Made by a program: the position numbers and the translations under genes
The notes under the pieces: generated by a model
Databases searched by the model: none
What the model saw: the letters and a program-made list of their open reading frames with translations, nothing else
Told to the model about the DNA's origin: nothing
Shown: positions 26,617 through 36,256 of the stretch, piece after piece
How the letters are laid out: every line of letters starts with the position of its first letter
Position numbering within the stretch: position 1 is the stretch's first letter
Source: a virus
Taxonomy: Duplodnaviria; Caudoviricetes
IMG/VR virus record: IMGVR_UViG_3300033148_002840
Location: 1-54,369 of that record
DNA: 54,369 bases
Strand: one strand, 5' to 3'

Positions 26617-27276
26617 CTAGAAATAAGCGCCCCGGCGACGAGTGCTTTGCCCTTGCGTTTTGCGCTTTCGGAGTAGTGCCATCAAAGGCCCCAGCATTTG
26701 GTCGGCGCCCATATGAGGCTCCTCAAAGCCTAGAAGCATCTGGGCGGCACCTGCGTGAGCGCCCGCGGTATATGGCGCGGTGAGTTCTGCGCCACGTTGC
26801 CCGAACTCCGCACCCAAGCGAGCGTACTGCCCGGAAGCTTGTTCTTGGGCGCCCAATCGTTGCTCGGTAAGTTGTCTACCAAGGTCTTGTTTGCTTCGTT
26901 TGTAGTATCGGGAGCCCGGAGAGATACCAGCACCCCGCATCGCACCACCAAGTTGCGTCATTGAGGAGGCTTGACGGGCGCCATATGCCTTAGCGATGTC
27001 AGCGAGGCGACGGGACTCTTCACCACGAAGGAAGCCACTGGAGGGGAGGGATTCCTTAATGCGCTCGGGCACGGAGAGTGTTAGACCCATTGCGGAGCGG
27101 AAACGGTCCAAACCGCGTTGCTCACGGCCTTGCATTTGGCCCATAAGATCGGAGAGAACACCCATGCCACCACTCGCTTGTGGCTGCCTCTGTAGAATAT
27201 AGTCGGGGACCTGCCCAGGGCGGCGCTTTCGCTTGCGACCAACCCCAGTGGTGAGTTGTCCTGGTAAGTACGCCAT
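26617..27276 (-). CDS. Putative internal virion (pilot/ejection) protein
   Basis: G/Q/A-rich; directly after the tail protein. Confidence 0.55.
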   Translation of the reverse strand: MAYLPGQLTTGVGRKRKRRPGQVPDYILQRQPQASGGMGVLSDLMGQMQGREQRGLDRFRSAMGLTLSVPERIKESLPSSGFLRGEESRRLADIAKAYGARQASSMTQLGGAMRGAGISPGSRYYKRSKQDLGRQLTEQRLGAQEQASGQYARLGAEFGQRGAELTAPYTAGAHAGAAQMLLGFEEPHMGADQMLGPLMALLRKRKTQGQSTRRRGAYF

Positions 27277-27296
27277 GCTCTCTCCCTCCAAGGAGA

Positions 27297-29273
27297 CTAC
27301 GGTATCATGCTCGCCTGTTTCATTATAGTCAGGCCGGGGTCCTCAGTATAGCATAGTCCTATGGCTAAAATATCAAGGCACGGAAGAGTTCCTGGAAAAG
27401 ACATTTGTAGATCGAAGGCCCTTCCTGCCAGATTACAGACCTGGAAGCGCCCGGCGACACCATCATCGGTGTAATCATCTGGGTCCTTCTGCACACGGAA
27501 TGTTAGACGTTTGCCGACCACGCCGGTTTCAATGCCATTGTCTACATAGATGTCTACGGTAATGGAGTAGTAGTCGGCGGATTCCAACCACTTGTTCGTA
27601 TTGTGCGCCTCAACAAGAAGGTAAACAGCGCGAAGTTGCTTGATGGCTAGTGGGTTCTTTCCGTAGAAGCTGGGAAGACGAATGCGGCCACTGGTGTTTA
27701 TCATTGTGGATAGCAGGGCCCCAGCATCATACGCGGAAGGAACCGGCCATATATAAGATGCGGCACTCTTTGCATCAATGACATACATAACGTTCTTGCC
27801 ACCGATAGAAGCCGTGTTGATCATGGGACCGGTCATCACCCCTGAGACCCCATCCGTAAATGCAGAGATACCCTTCCAAGTCCTATCACTCATACAGTAA
27901 GATACGCCGCCGGGGTCCTGATCCGCACTACTACTAAACCAATTCAAGGTGTTTGTGGAGGGGTCGTAGCCACCATAAATTGTATAGCCCTCACGAATGG
28001 CTTCATTTATCCACGGCCAAACCTCACGGCCAATTGGCTGTGGTGTCCCCCCCGCAACGTCCATCACGAAGAAACAGTCCGTTCCCATCCAAGCGATGTA
28101 GTTCAGGAACTTAAAGACGGAAGTACGGTGAAAGGTGCCTACACCAGCACCACCGATCTGCTCGGTAGAGAGGGCGGGACCGGCCCGCTGCACGCGGACA
28201 ACAGAGTGTTTCATTATGGCAAATGCAGCACCACGAACCTGAACCCAAGTAACGAATTGATCGCCAACGTCGGAGAGTGTTAGGCGATTTTTGGCGGGGA
28301 AGGCTTCTATTTCTTCGATGTCTGTGCGAGAGAAGGCCATTTCGTTGGATTTGAGGGCGCCGTAGTTTCCGGTTGCCGTTCCCTTACCCCCGAGGATCGC
28401 CACTCCTTCAACGATGCAGGCTTCTAGACCATTGGGGGGGAGACTCTTATCCTTATCTTCTTCGTAGAGGTAGTCTTGACGTTCGAGTACGGGGTCTGAC
28501 ATTGTGAGGTAAACGGTCCCTGTACCGTCTGCGAGATCACCAGTGTCATCAACGCCTACTATCTTCTCTAAGAAGAAGTGGCGGCCCGTTCGTGAACAGG
28601 TACGAAAGATTTCAACGTGGGTCGCTCGTGCAGGAACGCTCGTTAGTGCGAAGTCTAACCGTATGATGTCACCGTTGGATACGTCCATGACTTCTTCGCC
28701 GTCGGTGGTATCCGCAACTGCATAGAGGAGACTTGAGCGGGCGTTCTTTGCGGAGTCATAGTAGCGGACGGCAACTTGACAACTGCCCTCATCGACATCG
28801 CTGCTTTTTTCGGTGCCCTCGGGGGTTGCTGACATAATGATGAGGGGAGAGGGGGCGGGGATGCCGATATTTTGGAAGTCGCCGTCCCGCCAGATTTGGG
28901 GGGCACCGGTGCCGTTCGCGGCTACAACCATATTGTCCCAGACGCCGAAGCCCGCAGACCCTAATGTTGATACTGTTGTTGTCCCCTGGGCAGTTTTGTA
29001 TTTTACAGTGGATACGTCACTGTATATAAGTCCAAAGGGGTTCCTACCTGCAATGTCAAGACCGGAAGCCGCACCTTTTACTATGGTCTCGGGGAGCGCA
29101 GTACCCGAGGGGCGCCTTCCCGGATCACGACGGAGTAGATTTCCTACACCTGGAAGGAAGCCATAAAGCTCGCGGGCACGATTGTCACTACGGACAAGAC
29201 GGTTGGCGTACATATCGAGCGTCATGTTGCCGCCAATCGTTACGTCTTTATCGCCGTACTTAGCGCTGGCCAC
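27297..29273 (-). CDS. Podovirus tail nozzle/stabilisation protein (P22 gp10/T7 gp12-like)
   Basis: 658 aa, beta-propeller-like; position before the ejection genes. Confidence 0.6.
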   Translation of the reverse strand: MASAKYGDKDVTIGGNMTLDMYANRLVRSDNRARELYGFLPGVGNLLRRDPGRRPSGTALPETIVKGAASGLDIAGRNPFGLIYSDVSTVKYKTAQGTTTVSTLGSAGFGVWDNMVVAANGTGAPQIWRDGDFQNIGIPAPSPLIIMSATPEGTEKSSDVDEGSCQVAVRYYDSAKNARSSLLYAVADTTDGEEVMDVSNGDIIRLDFALTSVPARATHVEIFRTCSRTGRHFFLEKIVGVDDTGDLADGTGTVYLTMSDPVLERQDYLYEEDKDKSLPPNGLEACIVEGVAILGGKGTATGNYGALKSNEMAFSRTDIEEIEAFPAKNRLTLSDVGDQFVTWVQVRGAAFAIMKHSVVRVQRAGPALSTEQIGGAGVGTFHRTSVFKFLNYIAWMGTDCFFVMDVAGGTPQPIGREVWPWINEAIREGYTIYGGYDPSTNTLNWFSSSADQDPGGVSYCMSDRTWKGISAFTDGVSGVMTGPMINTASIGGKNVMYVIDAKSAASYIWPVPSAYDAGALLSTMINTSGRIRLPSFYGKNPLAIKQLRAVYLLVEAHNTNKWLESADYYSITVDIYVDNGIETGVVGKRLTFRVQKDPDDYTDDGVAGRFQVCNLAGRAFDLQMSFPGTLPCLDILAIGLCYTEDPGLTIMKQASMIP

Positions 29274-29638
29274 TATTTAGTCTCCCCAAAAGGGGGCGTT
29301 GGTCCTAACTTTCGTACCGCTTGGCTAATACGTTTGGCGGGACTGGGTAGAAGCAGCGCGATTATCGTGATAGCGGCTGCAATTGCTAAGATTCGCCCCG
29401 TCCAACTCTCATGGGTGATGATTGTGGTGCTTCCGGGGCTGCCACTTACTGTAGGACCCCCAATTTCATCAAAGATGGTGGCATCACCGCCCGCCTTCTG
29501 GTCTGTGTGTTTTTGGGATTGACCGAGGCCCGCTTGATTTTGGGGTTCTCCGAACTGGGAGAGGAGAGCGCAACCCGACAACAGAAGGAATACGACGGCT
29601 ATTTCAATTACTATCAGTCGCATTTTATTCACCGTCAT
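29273..29638 (-). CDS. Lipoprotein with C-terminal TM segment (unimolecular spanin candidate)
   Basis: Lipobox LSGC; C-terminal ILAIAAAITIIALLL. Confidence 0.55.
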   Translation of the reverse strand: MTVNKMRLIVIEIAVVFLLLSGCALLSQFGEPQNQAGLGQSQKHTDQKAGGDATIFDEIGGPTVSGSPGSTTIITHESWTGRILAIAAAITIIALLLPSPAKRISQAVRKLGPTPPFGETK

Positions 29639-30212
29639 TGCCTGACATAAAGTCCCGTAGCAATTCGATTAAAATGTCGATCTTGGATTCAAGGGATTGG
29701 GAGCCGCCGGTCGTGTCCGCGGTACTAGATTCTACGGCTTGGCCGGAAGTGCCGCTCATCTGAGCGAGGAGCGCTTGTTGGTATTGGAGCATGAGTTCGA
29801 GAGCGGTTCGGACAGTTTGGTCGGCCGTGGTCTCTTGGACCTGGGAGCCATCGGCTTCACCGCCCTGGGAACTGTCACCCCATGCACGAAAGACTAGATT
29901 TAGGTTCATGGTATGAGTGGCGCTAGCTCCGGAGGCGGACGCAAGCTCTTCGCCATCGTCGCTAACGACTGCGGAGGCGAGGACGGGAGGATCACTCTCA
30001 TAACCAACGTTACCGGCGTTCAGCACTTCCGCAAGTCGTTGGGGAACGTTCCCATTAAAAATGTAGAAGTTGCGCACATCATTGGCGGTCTCCTGGGGTA
30101 ACTCCTGCGCGACGGCGCTTGTCTGTTGAGCGAAGGGCTCGGTATTCTGGGCACAACCAAACGCAGCAAACAGCAGTAGCCCAACAATAAATGAATAGAA
30201 TAGTGTTCTCAT
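29625..30212 (-). CDS. Lipoprotein
   Basis: AAGGAGAC-N5-ATG; MRTLFYSFIVGLLLFAAFGC. Confidence 0.7.
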   Translation of the reverse strand: MRTLFYSFIVGLLLFAAFGCAQNTEPFAQQTSAVAQELPQETANDVRNFYIFNGNVPQRLAEVLNAGNVGYESDPPVLASAVVSDDGEELASASGASATHTMNLNLVFRAWGDSSQGGEADGSQVQETTADQTVRTALELMLQYQQALLAQMSGTSGQAVESSTADTTGGSQSLESKIDILIELLRDFMSGNDGE

Positions 30213-30214
30213 TA

Positions 30215-30466
30215 CTAGTCTCCTTGCTTTTCCATGTCTTTTCGTATCCAATTGATATCCCGCTCCAATACGCTTAATCTGGCGGGTATCAACTGCACGA
30301 TTTCGGTTAGTGACTTTTGGGTGTTTTCGAGTGTGGATACTCGGGAGATCGTGGAGCCCCAGGCAACTCCAATTCCAATGAGAATCACGGCAACCGTGAT
30401 GATCCATGGAATGGGGTTACGAAGCCAGCCCCGAGAGTTCGCATTAGTGTGGTTTCCGTTGGTCAT
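30215..30466 (-). CDS. Holin-like single-TM plus coiled-coil protein
   Basis: WIITVAVILIGIGVAWG followed by a heptad pattern. Confidence 0.55.
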   Translation of the reverse strand: MTNGNHTNANSRGWLRNPIPWIITVAVILIGIGVAWGSTISRVSTLENTQKSLTEIVQLIPARLSVLERDINWIRKDMEKQGD

Positions 30467-31301
30467 AAAGGCCCTCCGAGCGTTCGTGATCTATGTCGAT
30501 GTTGCCCCATTCCTGGAGGGCTTGGGCGACGGCCTCATCGTAGGACATCCGGGGGAAGGCCGTTAGAGAGCTTCCTTCCGTACAATTATACACCGTGAAT
30601 CCTACCTTGTCAAAGTAGGGGCGGAGAGCCGTAAGTCGTGTGTTGACAAGGGTATACATCTGGTTGTTTCGATCGGCGGTGTGCTGGTCACGGGTTTGTG
30701 CGAAGTGGTAGGGTCTACCGGGAGACATTTTGAAGTCGGTGCCCAGGAGATAGACCGTTTTGATGCCCAGGATGTAGAGGAGCTTGAGAGCGGGAAGGAG
30801 GACGCTACGGCCCGGGAAGCCACCTTCGGGCGTGCCCCCCCAACAGAAGGAGTCCTCAACGAGGAAGTCCGCGGCCTTGAATATGTTGTTTCGCATGAAG
30901 AAGAAGACCCCAGGGCATTTTTCTATGGTGGTGGCCATTAGTTTCCACGCATCGCTGTCGAACACCTTTCGGTCGGCGTTAACCGCCGGGGTGAATTTTA
31001 GGATGGTGGGATCGAGCCAAATGGAGCGGAGGAATTGACAGGGGGAATCGAGGCCGACCCAAAGATGGGGGCGAATGGTCTTGGGCGCGTTGTTCATGGC
31101 TGCAATCAAGACTCCTGGGACCTGAAGTTTAGTTGTGTCTACGCTCTTGAGGGATGGGCCGCAGCCGACCAAGAACGCACTATGGCCCGCATAGAGTCCA
31201 TCGAGATTTGTGGGTCGGAATCTACTGGTGTAGAGCGCGGAGTGGATATTGGAGTGCTTAGCTATGATCTCGTGGTCGCGGGTATGCGGGCGAGCACTCA
31301 T
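30444..31301 (-). CDS. DUF115/Maf-like glycosyltransferase-family protein
   Basis: AFLVGCGPSL, AMNN, LGIKTVYLLGTDF, VYNCT..S.L.AFP. Confidence 0.75.
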   Translation of the reverse strand: MSARPHTRDHEIIAKHSNIHSALYTSRFRPTNLDGLYAGHSAFLVGCGPSLKSVDTTKLQVPGVLIAAMNNAPKTIRPHLWVGLDSPCQFLRSIWLDPTILKFTPAVNADRKVFDSDAWKLMATTIEKCPGVFFFMRNNIFKAADFLVEDSFCWGGTPEGGFPGRSVLLPALKLLYILGIKTVYLLGTDFKMSPGRPYHFAQTRDQHTADRNNQMYTLVNTRLTALRPYFDKVGFTVYNCTEGSSLTAFPRMSYDEAVAQALQEWGNIDIDHERSEGLYDQRKPH

Positions 31302-31471
31302 TTCTCGGAGTCCTTAGAGAAGTTGTCGGCGAAGTATTCGTCGAGTTTGCCCTCGAAGATTTCTTCCCATTGGGCGTTGACATAACGGGTCACGAATTTA
31401 GATGTGATGAAGGCCGTTATGGCGCAGCCGAGACCGAAGATTACGATGTCTTTGAAGAGAAGAGTGGTCAT
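31298..31471 (-). CDS. 57-aa membrane protein
   Basis: GGGAGG RBS; MTTLLFKDIVIFGLGCAITAF...; coupled to neighbours. Confidence 0.6.
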   Translation of the reverse strand: MTTLLFKDIVIFGLGCAITAFITSKFVTRYVNAQWEEIFEGKLDEYFADNFSKDSEK

Positions 31472-31731
31472 TTTACTGCCTCCCAGCGAGGTGGGTTATC
31501 GGGGCATTTGCTACTCGCCCAACCGATCTTCCAGGGTACGCGACAGCCGCACAGGGCGCAGCGCTTGCCGCTTTTGGTGCGGTAGTGCTCGCATTCTGCG
31601 CATATTGCATCGCGGGCCCGGCGGGTTGCTCGGTCGGCGTGGGTAAGACCGCTGTTAATATGACGTTTAGTTTCACTAGCTAAGCCTACTCCTAAACGAA
31701 GGGCTCGTTTTACTTGTGGCGACTGTCTCAT
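31468..31731 (-). CDS. Cys-rich small protein (DUF6171-like)
   Basis: R.AICAEC..RCALCGC...K......CP....W. Confidence 0.7.
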   Translation of the reverse strand: MRQSPQVKRALRLGVGLASETKRHINSGLTHADRATRRARDAICAECEHYRTKSGKRCALCGCRVPWKIGWASSKCPDNPPRWEAVK

Positions 31732-32333
31732 GCTGCTCGTCCTGCTCTATGTGCGCATTGGCCATCCTTAGCGGCGATGGGAATCTGGCCAACACAATCG
31801 CAATCTGCTGAATCAACTATGTTGTTACTAGAAGCATCAATGGCGTCGCAATCTATAGGAGGCGTAATAGCTAGAAAAGCATTGAATAAATAGGCCCCGT
31901 CGGTAGGTAAACCAAGCGGTTTATACATTCGCGCTTCCAGCTCGTAATGATCGACCTGGAAGACAATGTGGACCTGAAGCGTCCAATCAGAGCAGCCACT
32001 GGTTAATGCAACTTCCGACATATAATAACACGGGTAGTCGGGTTGCTGTTCGAGTTCCCATGTTCCATTCAACAGAACCAACGCCGCATCAATGCACTCA
32101 AATGGACAGTCCGCATCATCACCACTTGTACATTTGACCACATCGGTAAACGTCAAAGTAAAATACTTAGGCGTTGTACCTGTATTACAACGTTCACAGC
32201 CGTCCCCAGGAGGATTCTCCCAACAACAAGCAGGACATTTCCCATCCCCATTAAACAACGCCCCCTTACCGCTGGACAAGACGCCGCCCTTGCCGCTTGG
32301 TAACACTATACCTGCACCAGGTGTATTGGCCAT
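31728..32333 (-). CDS. Cys-rich acidic putative virion protein
   Basis: AAGGAGG RBS; CPACC, CERC, many Cys. Confidence 0.6.
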   Translation of the reverse strand: MANTPGAGIVLPSGKGGVLSSGKGALFNGDGKCPACCWENPPGDGCERCNTGTTPKYFTLTFTDVVKCTSGDDADCPFECIDAALVLLNGTWELEQQPDYPCYYMSEVALTSGCSDWTLQVHIVFQVDHYELEARMYKPLGLPTDGAYLFNAFLAITPPIDCDAIDASSNNIVDSADCDCVGQIPIAAKDGQCAHRAGRAA

Positions 32334-32335
32334 TA

Positions 32336-33079
32336 CTAGCAAGCCTCCTTGATTTCCGCCTCGTTGATCCAACCGATTACCAAGTTGCCGCTAGCATCAT
32401 AAGAAGCGAAACCGTAGGTGGCCTTTGACATCTGGCCAAGGCTCTGTCGCACAAACTTATGGTTGCCCGTCGTTGGATTGACGCCGGTGCCTAATTCTGC
32501 GCCAGTTATCGCGTCCGTTACAGTGTACGTCCAACTGGTCGCAGCAGATTCGGTTCCCGCGTCGCCGCCCGTTTGTGAAAGTGTAATAGGAAACACATGC
32601 CCAACTTTAATATTGTACGCCTGAAACCAATACTCATCGCCGATCTCTCGCACGTGAACAATGGTGTCATTCTGAACGTGGTCCTTGAGTTGAGTGTTGG
32701 CGTCCTCCGCGAAGTTGTAGGCGGTAACAGATTTCCCCCCCGACTTCGCTGTCCAGTTACTATACCCCGATGACGACTGCTCTTGTTCGACTACAGTATA
32801 CGACCAGGGGCCGGAACCCGAGTTAGCTGTAATCTTCCCGGGCCAGGATGTAGTCGTTGGAGCATCGGGTGACGGGTCCCAAGAAGGATCAGGTGGCAAC
32901 AATTCACCTATGGTGCCCGGTTTGGCGTGGCCGGGCCGCCCACCGGGAACTATCATATCCTTTTCGGGAGATACGGGAATCTTGCGAACTACGTTCATAC
33001 GTAGACCTGGATCGCCCGAGTTTTCGTTGGGGTTAAAACGCCCGATGCCAAGTTGTTGAAGTTGGCCAACGCGGATCAC
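32336..33079 (-). CDS. Putative tail/structural protein
   Basis: T/S/G-rich, duplicated W.YTV motif. Confidence 0.55.
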   Translation of the reverse strand: MIRVGQLQQLGIGRFNPNENSGDPGLRMNVVRKIPVSPEKDMIVPGGRPGHAKPGTIGELLPPDPSWDPSPDAPTTTSWPGKITANSGSGPWSYTVVEQEQSSSGYSNWTAKSGGKSVTAYNFAEDANTQLKDHVQNDTIVHVREIGDEYWFQAYNIKVGHVFPITLSQTGGDAGTESAATSWTYTVTDAITGAELGTGVNPTTGNHKFVRQSLGQMSKATYGFASYDASGNLVIGWINEAEIKEAC

Positions 33080-33082
33080 AAT

Positions 33083-33766
33083 TTAGCCCTCCCACGGATC
33101 AAAACTATCGAAGCCTTCCGCCATTGGAGGGGCAGGCGCTGGGTGATTTCTGCCCTGGGTGTCTCGAATGCGACCAATTAGATCAGATAGGGCGGCATTG
33201 TATCGTCGGAGCATTCGCTCATGGATGGGGCCTTCCATTGAGGCTGATAGATCGCACGCTACACAGAGAGCGAGGACCTTCTTATCCAGGGTGTCGTTGC
33301 CATCATCCGTAGGTTGTGTAAAGGCCGCTTTTTGGATGTACTCTAGAACCCAGATTTCTCCTGTGGTGCCATCATCGTTTATGGGTGTCGGATACACATA
33401 GAGTAGTGGGGTCGTGGGTCCTGTAATCCAACAGCCCCGCTCTCCGGAGTAAGGACTCGTCGGAAATAGCTCATCGAGGATGTTATCCTTGTCAGGGTAC
33501 GTAGTGCTAGACCGCTGCGTGAGGCGAAGGAAGGACCGAAAATCACTGGGCAATGACGTATACGGGATGTCATCATGTAGGTACACATTAGTGGACTTGT
33601 ACCCAATGAAGTTCTCAGAACCGAAACTAGAGCGCACGATCTCCTCATTGATTTGATCGACAGCCATATCGACGAAAGGCTCGAGGTTGGTGGCTGCTGG
33701 GAACCGCCCTAAGATTGTTGGATCGTCGATGAGATTCCGAACGATGTTGAGTACAGTGATTGCCAT
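33083..33766 (-). CDS. Head-tail adaptor (tail tubular protein A-like)
   Basis: VRNLIDD..., YTSLPSDF, LYVYPTP, LEY; synteny. Confidence 0.65.
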   Translation of the reverse strand: MAITVLNIVRNLIDDPTILGRFPAATNLEPFVDMAVDQINEEIVRSSFGSENFIGYKSTNVYLHDDIPYTSLPSDFRSFLRLTQRSSTTYPDKDNILDELFPTSPYSGERGCWITGPTTPLLYVYPTPINDDGTTGEIWVLEYIQKAAFTQPTDDGNDTLDKKVLALCVACDLSASMEGPIHERMLRRYNAALSDLIGRIRDTQGRNHPAPAPPMAEGFDSFDPWEG

Positions 33767-34209
33767 TATCGCGCACTCCGGGGTTCATTTTTGGCGGTGC
33801 GGGTAGCTACCGCGACAGCCCCCAAGCGCTTCTTTGTGATGCCGTATTTGCGCAGAGAACTCTCCACTAATGGATCAATCTTTTCTCGGTATTGCTCTTT
33901 GGCTGCGTCATCCGCGGCGACCTGTTGTTTGAACTCGGCCTCCGCGATCTGGGATGTGGTCATATGCCGCCACTTGTAGAAGCTTTCCCGGAGGACGCGA
34001 TAGTCGTCATCGGTTGGTTCCATGTGGGGAGCCGCGAACCATAGACATCGGGGATAGAGTTTGTATGGGATACCGCGCCGGAACCCCTCTTTTGTTGGAG
34101 AGCCTGGAACACGGAAAAACGCGCCGTAGCGACCGTGGCTCTTCATCCACACCCAAATAAGCCGGGGGTCAATACTATGGAGCTTATCTGTAAGCAGAAA
34201 AGCCTTCAA
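33766..34209 (-). CDS. Hypothetical protein (TTG start)
   Basis: TAAGGAGGTGATCC immediately upstream. Confidence 0.7.
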   Translation of the reverse strand: MKAFLLTDKLHSIDPRLIWVWMKSHGRYGAFFRVPGSPTKEGFRRGIPYKLYPRCLWFAAPHMEPTDDDYRVLRESFYKWRHMTTSQIAEAEFKQQVAADDAAKEQYREKIDPLVESSLRKYGITKKRLGAVAVATRTAKNEPRSAR

Positions 34210-34229
34210 GGATCACCTCCTTAAAGTTA

Positions 34230-34271
34230 TCCCCGCCCGAGCCCGCAATCCAATGGGTGACCGGGCGGGGA
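34230..34271 (-). terminator. GC-rich hairpin after the capsid genes
   Basis: TCCCCGCCCG/CGGGCGGGGA 10-bp stem; weak U tail. Confidence 0.55.
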
Positions 34272-34283
34272 CCAAAGCCAACT

Positions 34284-34751
34284 TTAACGCGCATACGGTA
34301 CAGGCTCAACGGCCAGAGTCATTACAGGATTGAGTACCGTATCACCAACGCCTACCCCAAGAATACTCATAATGTAGATCGTCGGACCATGCAGTACCTT
34401 CCTGCGAGCAACAATGGGACGAACCCCAGTGACGATGTGATACTTGTTTGCACTATCAGTCAACGTCACTGTGTACTCCGTGGCGGCGTCACTAGATGCC
34501 AGTGTTGGACTGTCATCGTTATCGACATCGTTCTCCGCGGAGTAGAGCGTCATAACCATCGTATCCGCAATGGTTGCACCCTCAGTGATATTCTCGAAGC
34601 CATAATCAATCCGCCTCAAGTAATGCTTATAGGGTACAAAAATTGCGAGGCAACGCTTCGCTGTGTTTACATCGAGAGCGGCACCTCCAGACTGCGCGTG
34701 AAATACCTCCAGGAACTTAAACCAAAGGGGGTCTTTAGGATCATTAGGCAT
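34284..34751 (-). CDS. Putative capsid decoration protein
   Basis: Directly follows the capsid gene; beta-rich; AGGAGG RBS. Confidence 0.55.
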   Translation of the reverse strand: MPNDPKDPLWFKFLEVFHAQSGGAALDVNTAKRCLAIFVPYKHYLRRIDYGFENITEGATIADTMVMTLYSAENDVDNDDSPTLASSDAATEYTVTLTDSANKYHIVTGVRPIVARRKVLHGPTIYIMSILGVGVGDTVLNPVMTLAVEPVPYAR

Positions 34752-34765
34752 TTGAGTACCCTCCT

Positions 34766-36235
34766 TTAGCTCACGCTATACTGGTCGGAAACCTCTTCGA
34801 GTAGGGTCCAGACCGCGTTATTGAATGGCGCCTCGGACGCGAACTCCGCGTAGACACTGAAGGGCGCTTCCATCAGTGAGGAGCGCTGTGTAGCGCCCGC
34901 AGAGCTGCCCGCTTGGTAAGATACCGGGCTAAAGACACCACTGGGGCCGCCACCTGAACCCGTCAGATCGTTAATCCATTCGACGCCTTCAAGGCCGTCC
35001 GGTGTATAGCGAACGTTCGTCGGCTCATGGATACCCCACGCGCGTTCTGGCGTGGCGATTCTTGACGGTTTGATCGGGATTACGGTCTCACCAAAGGTGA
35101 CGTTATCACCTGTGGACTTACCGCCACCCGCCGACAACACACCGAGACCCGCAGAAGGTGACCACATCTGCATACCCTTGAGGGCTTCGGCGCGAGCGTG
35201 ACAGACACCCATTGAGGTGACGATCACGGTTGGGAGTTGACGGCCAGCCGTCCACATCTCAGTCAGCAATCGCTCAAACATGAGATTGCTGGCAGGACGC
35301 TTGTTGGTGCCACCTCCATTATCGACCCAGGCCCGCAACTCAGGGTTGTTGGTGAGATCGAGATTGAAGACGGTGCCGGTGTTTACGATCCAGTCCGGCA
35401 GACCAGAGCAAGCATTGCTGTTGGAGCCTGATGGGTCCGCCATGTAGAGACCATACTCCGTTGCCGTGGACAGCGTAACGGTCGTCGTACCATCCTCCGT
35501 CAGAACCAGGTCCACGGTTCCATTCGTAGACTTCGGGTTCACGGATTGGATGATGAAAACACCACCGGAAAGCTGACTATAGGTGGCCGTTGCGGAGATA
35601 GACACACGTTGACCGCGACGGAAGCGACCCGGAGGTGCATCCGTCAGTGTAATAGTATTCGTGTAGTCATTGTTAGGCGTCAGGTCGTTGAACACAATGT
35701 TGGAGCCGGGATCATAAATAGTCCCCAACTTCGCAGACTTGCCTACGTGCATTAGGGTAGCCATGTCTTGGGCGACGTTGAACGCCTGATCGGTGACAAC
35801 CATTGTTGCGATGTCGCCGAGGGTTGGACCCAGAGTCATACCCTTCAACTGATTGATGTCTAGTGCGCAATTGCCCATCAGCCACTTAAGGTAGATCATC
35901 TGGGTTAGGAATGTAGGTTGTGTCGCCTTACCCGCGCTCGGAAAAACCGTAGTTTCGGGAAGCATCGGAATACTGCCAACACCACCAGTGGCATGATTAA
36001 GCCCGTGGAAGTATTGGACACCGGAGCGTCCCATCCGAATGCGGTGCTTGGCAACGAAAGTGCCCGCACTGCCCGCAGCAGGGGTCGTGTCATCACGGCC
36101 CAACTGAGTCACCGCCTTGGTGTTCAGTTGCATGTTACGAGTAACAGGATCGACGTGACTCAGCACTTCAGTTAATGCTGGAGCAAGTCGCTCCTTCAGT
36201 AGCGGGCTGATTACCTGAATCGGGTAAACAGCCAT
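34766..36235 (-). CDS. Major capsid protein
   Basis: 489 aa after portal and scaffold; GL..WI..TGTVFNLD..NPE motif seen in podo-type capsids. Confidence 0.75.
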   Translation of the reverse strand: MAVYPIQVISPLLKERLAPALTEVLSHVDPVTRNMQLNTKAVTQLGRDDTTPAAGSAGTFVAKHRIRMGRSGVQYFHGLNHATGGVGSIPMLPETTVFPSAGKATQPTFLTQMIYLKWLMGNCALDINQLKGMTLGPTLGDIATMVVTDQAFNVAQDMATLMHVGKSAKLGTIYDPGSNIVFNDLTPNNDYTNTITLTDAPPGRFRRGQRVSISATATYSQLSGGVFIIQSVNPKSTNGTVDLVLTEDGTTTVTLSTATEYGLYMADPSGSNSNACSGLPDWIVNTGTVFNLDLTNNPELRAWVDNGGGTNKRPASNLMFERLLTEMWTAGRQLPTVIVTSMGVCHARAEALKGMQMWSPSAGLGVLSAGGGKSTGDNVTFGETVIPIKPSRIATPERAWGIHEPTNVRYTPDGLEGVEWINDLTGSGGGPSGVFSPVSYQAGSSAGATQRSSLMEAPFSVYAEFASEAPFNNAVWTLLEEVSDQYSVS

Positions 36236-36256
36236 ATGTAATCTCCCTGGTGGGGA

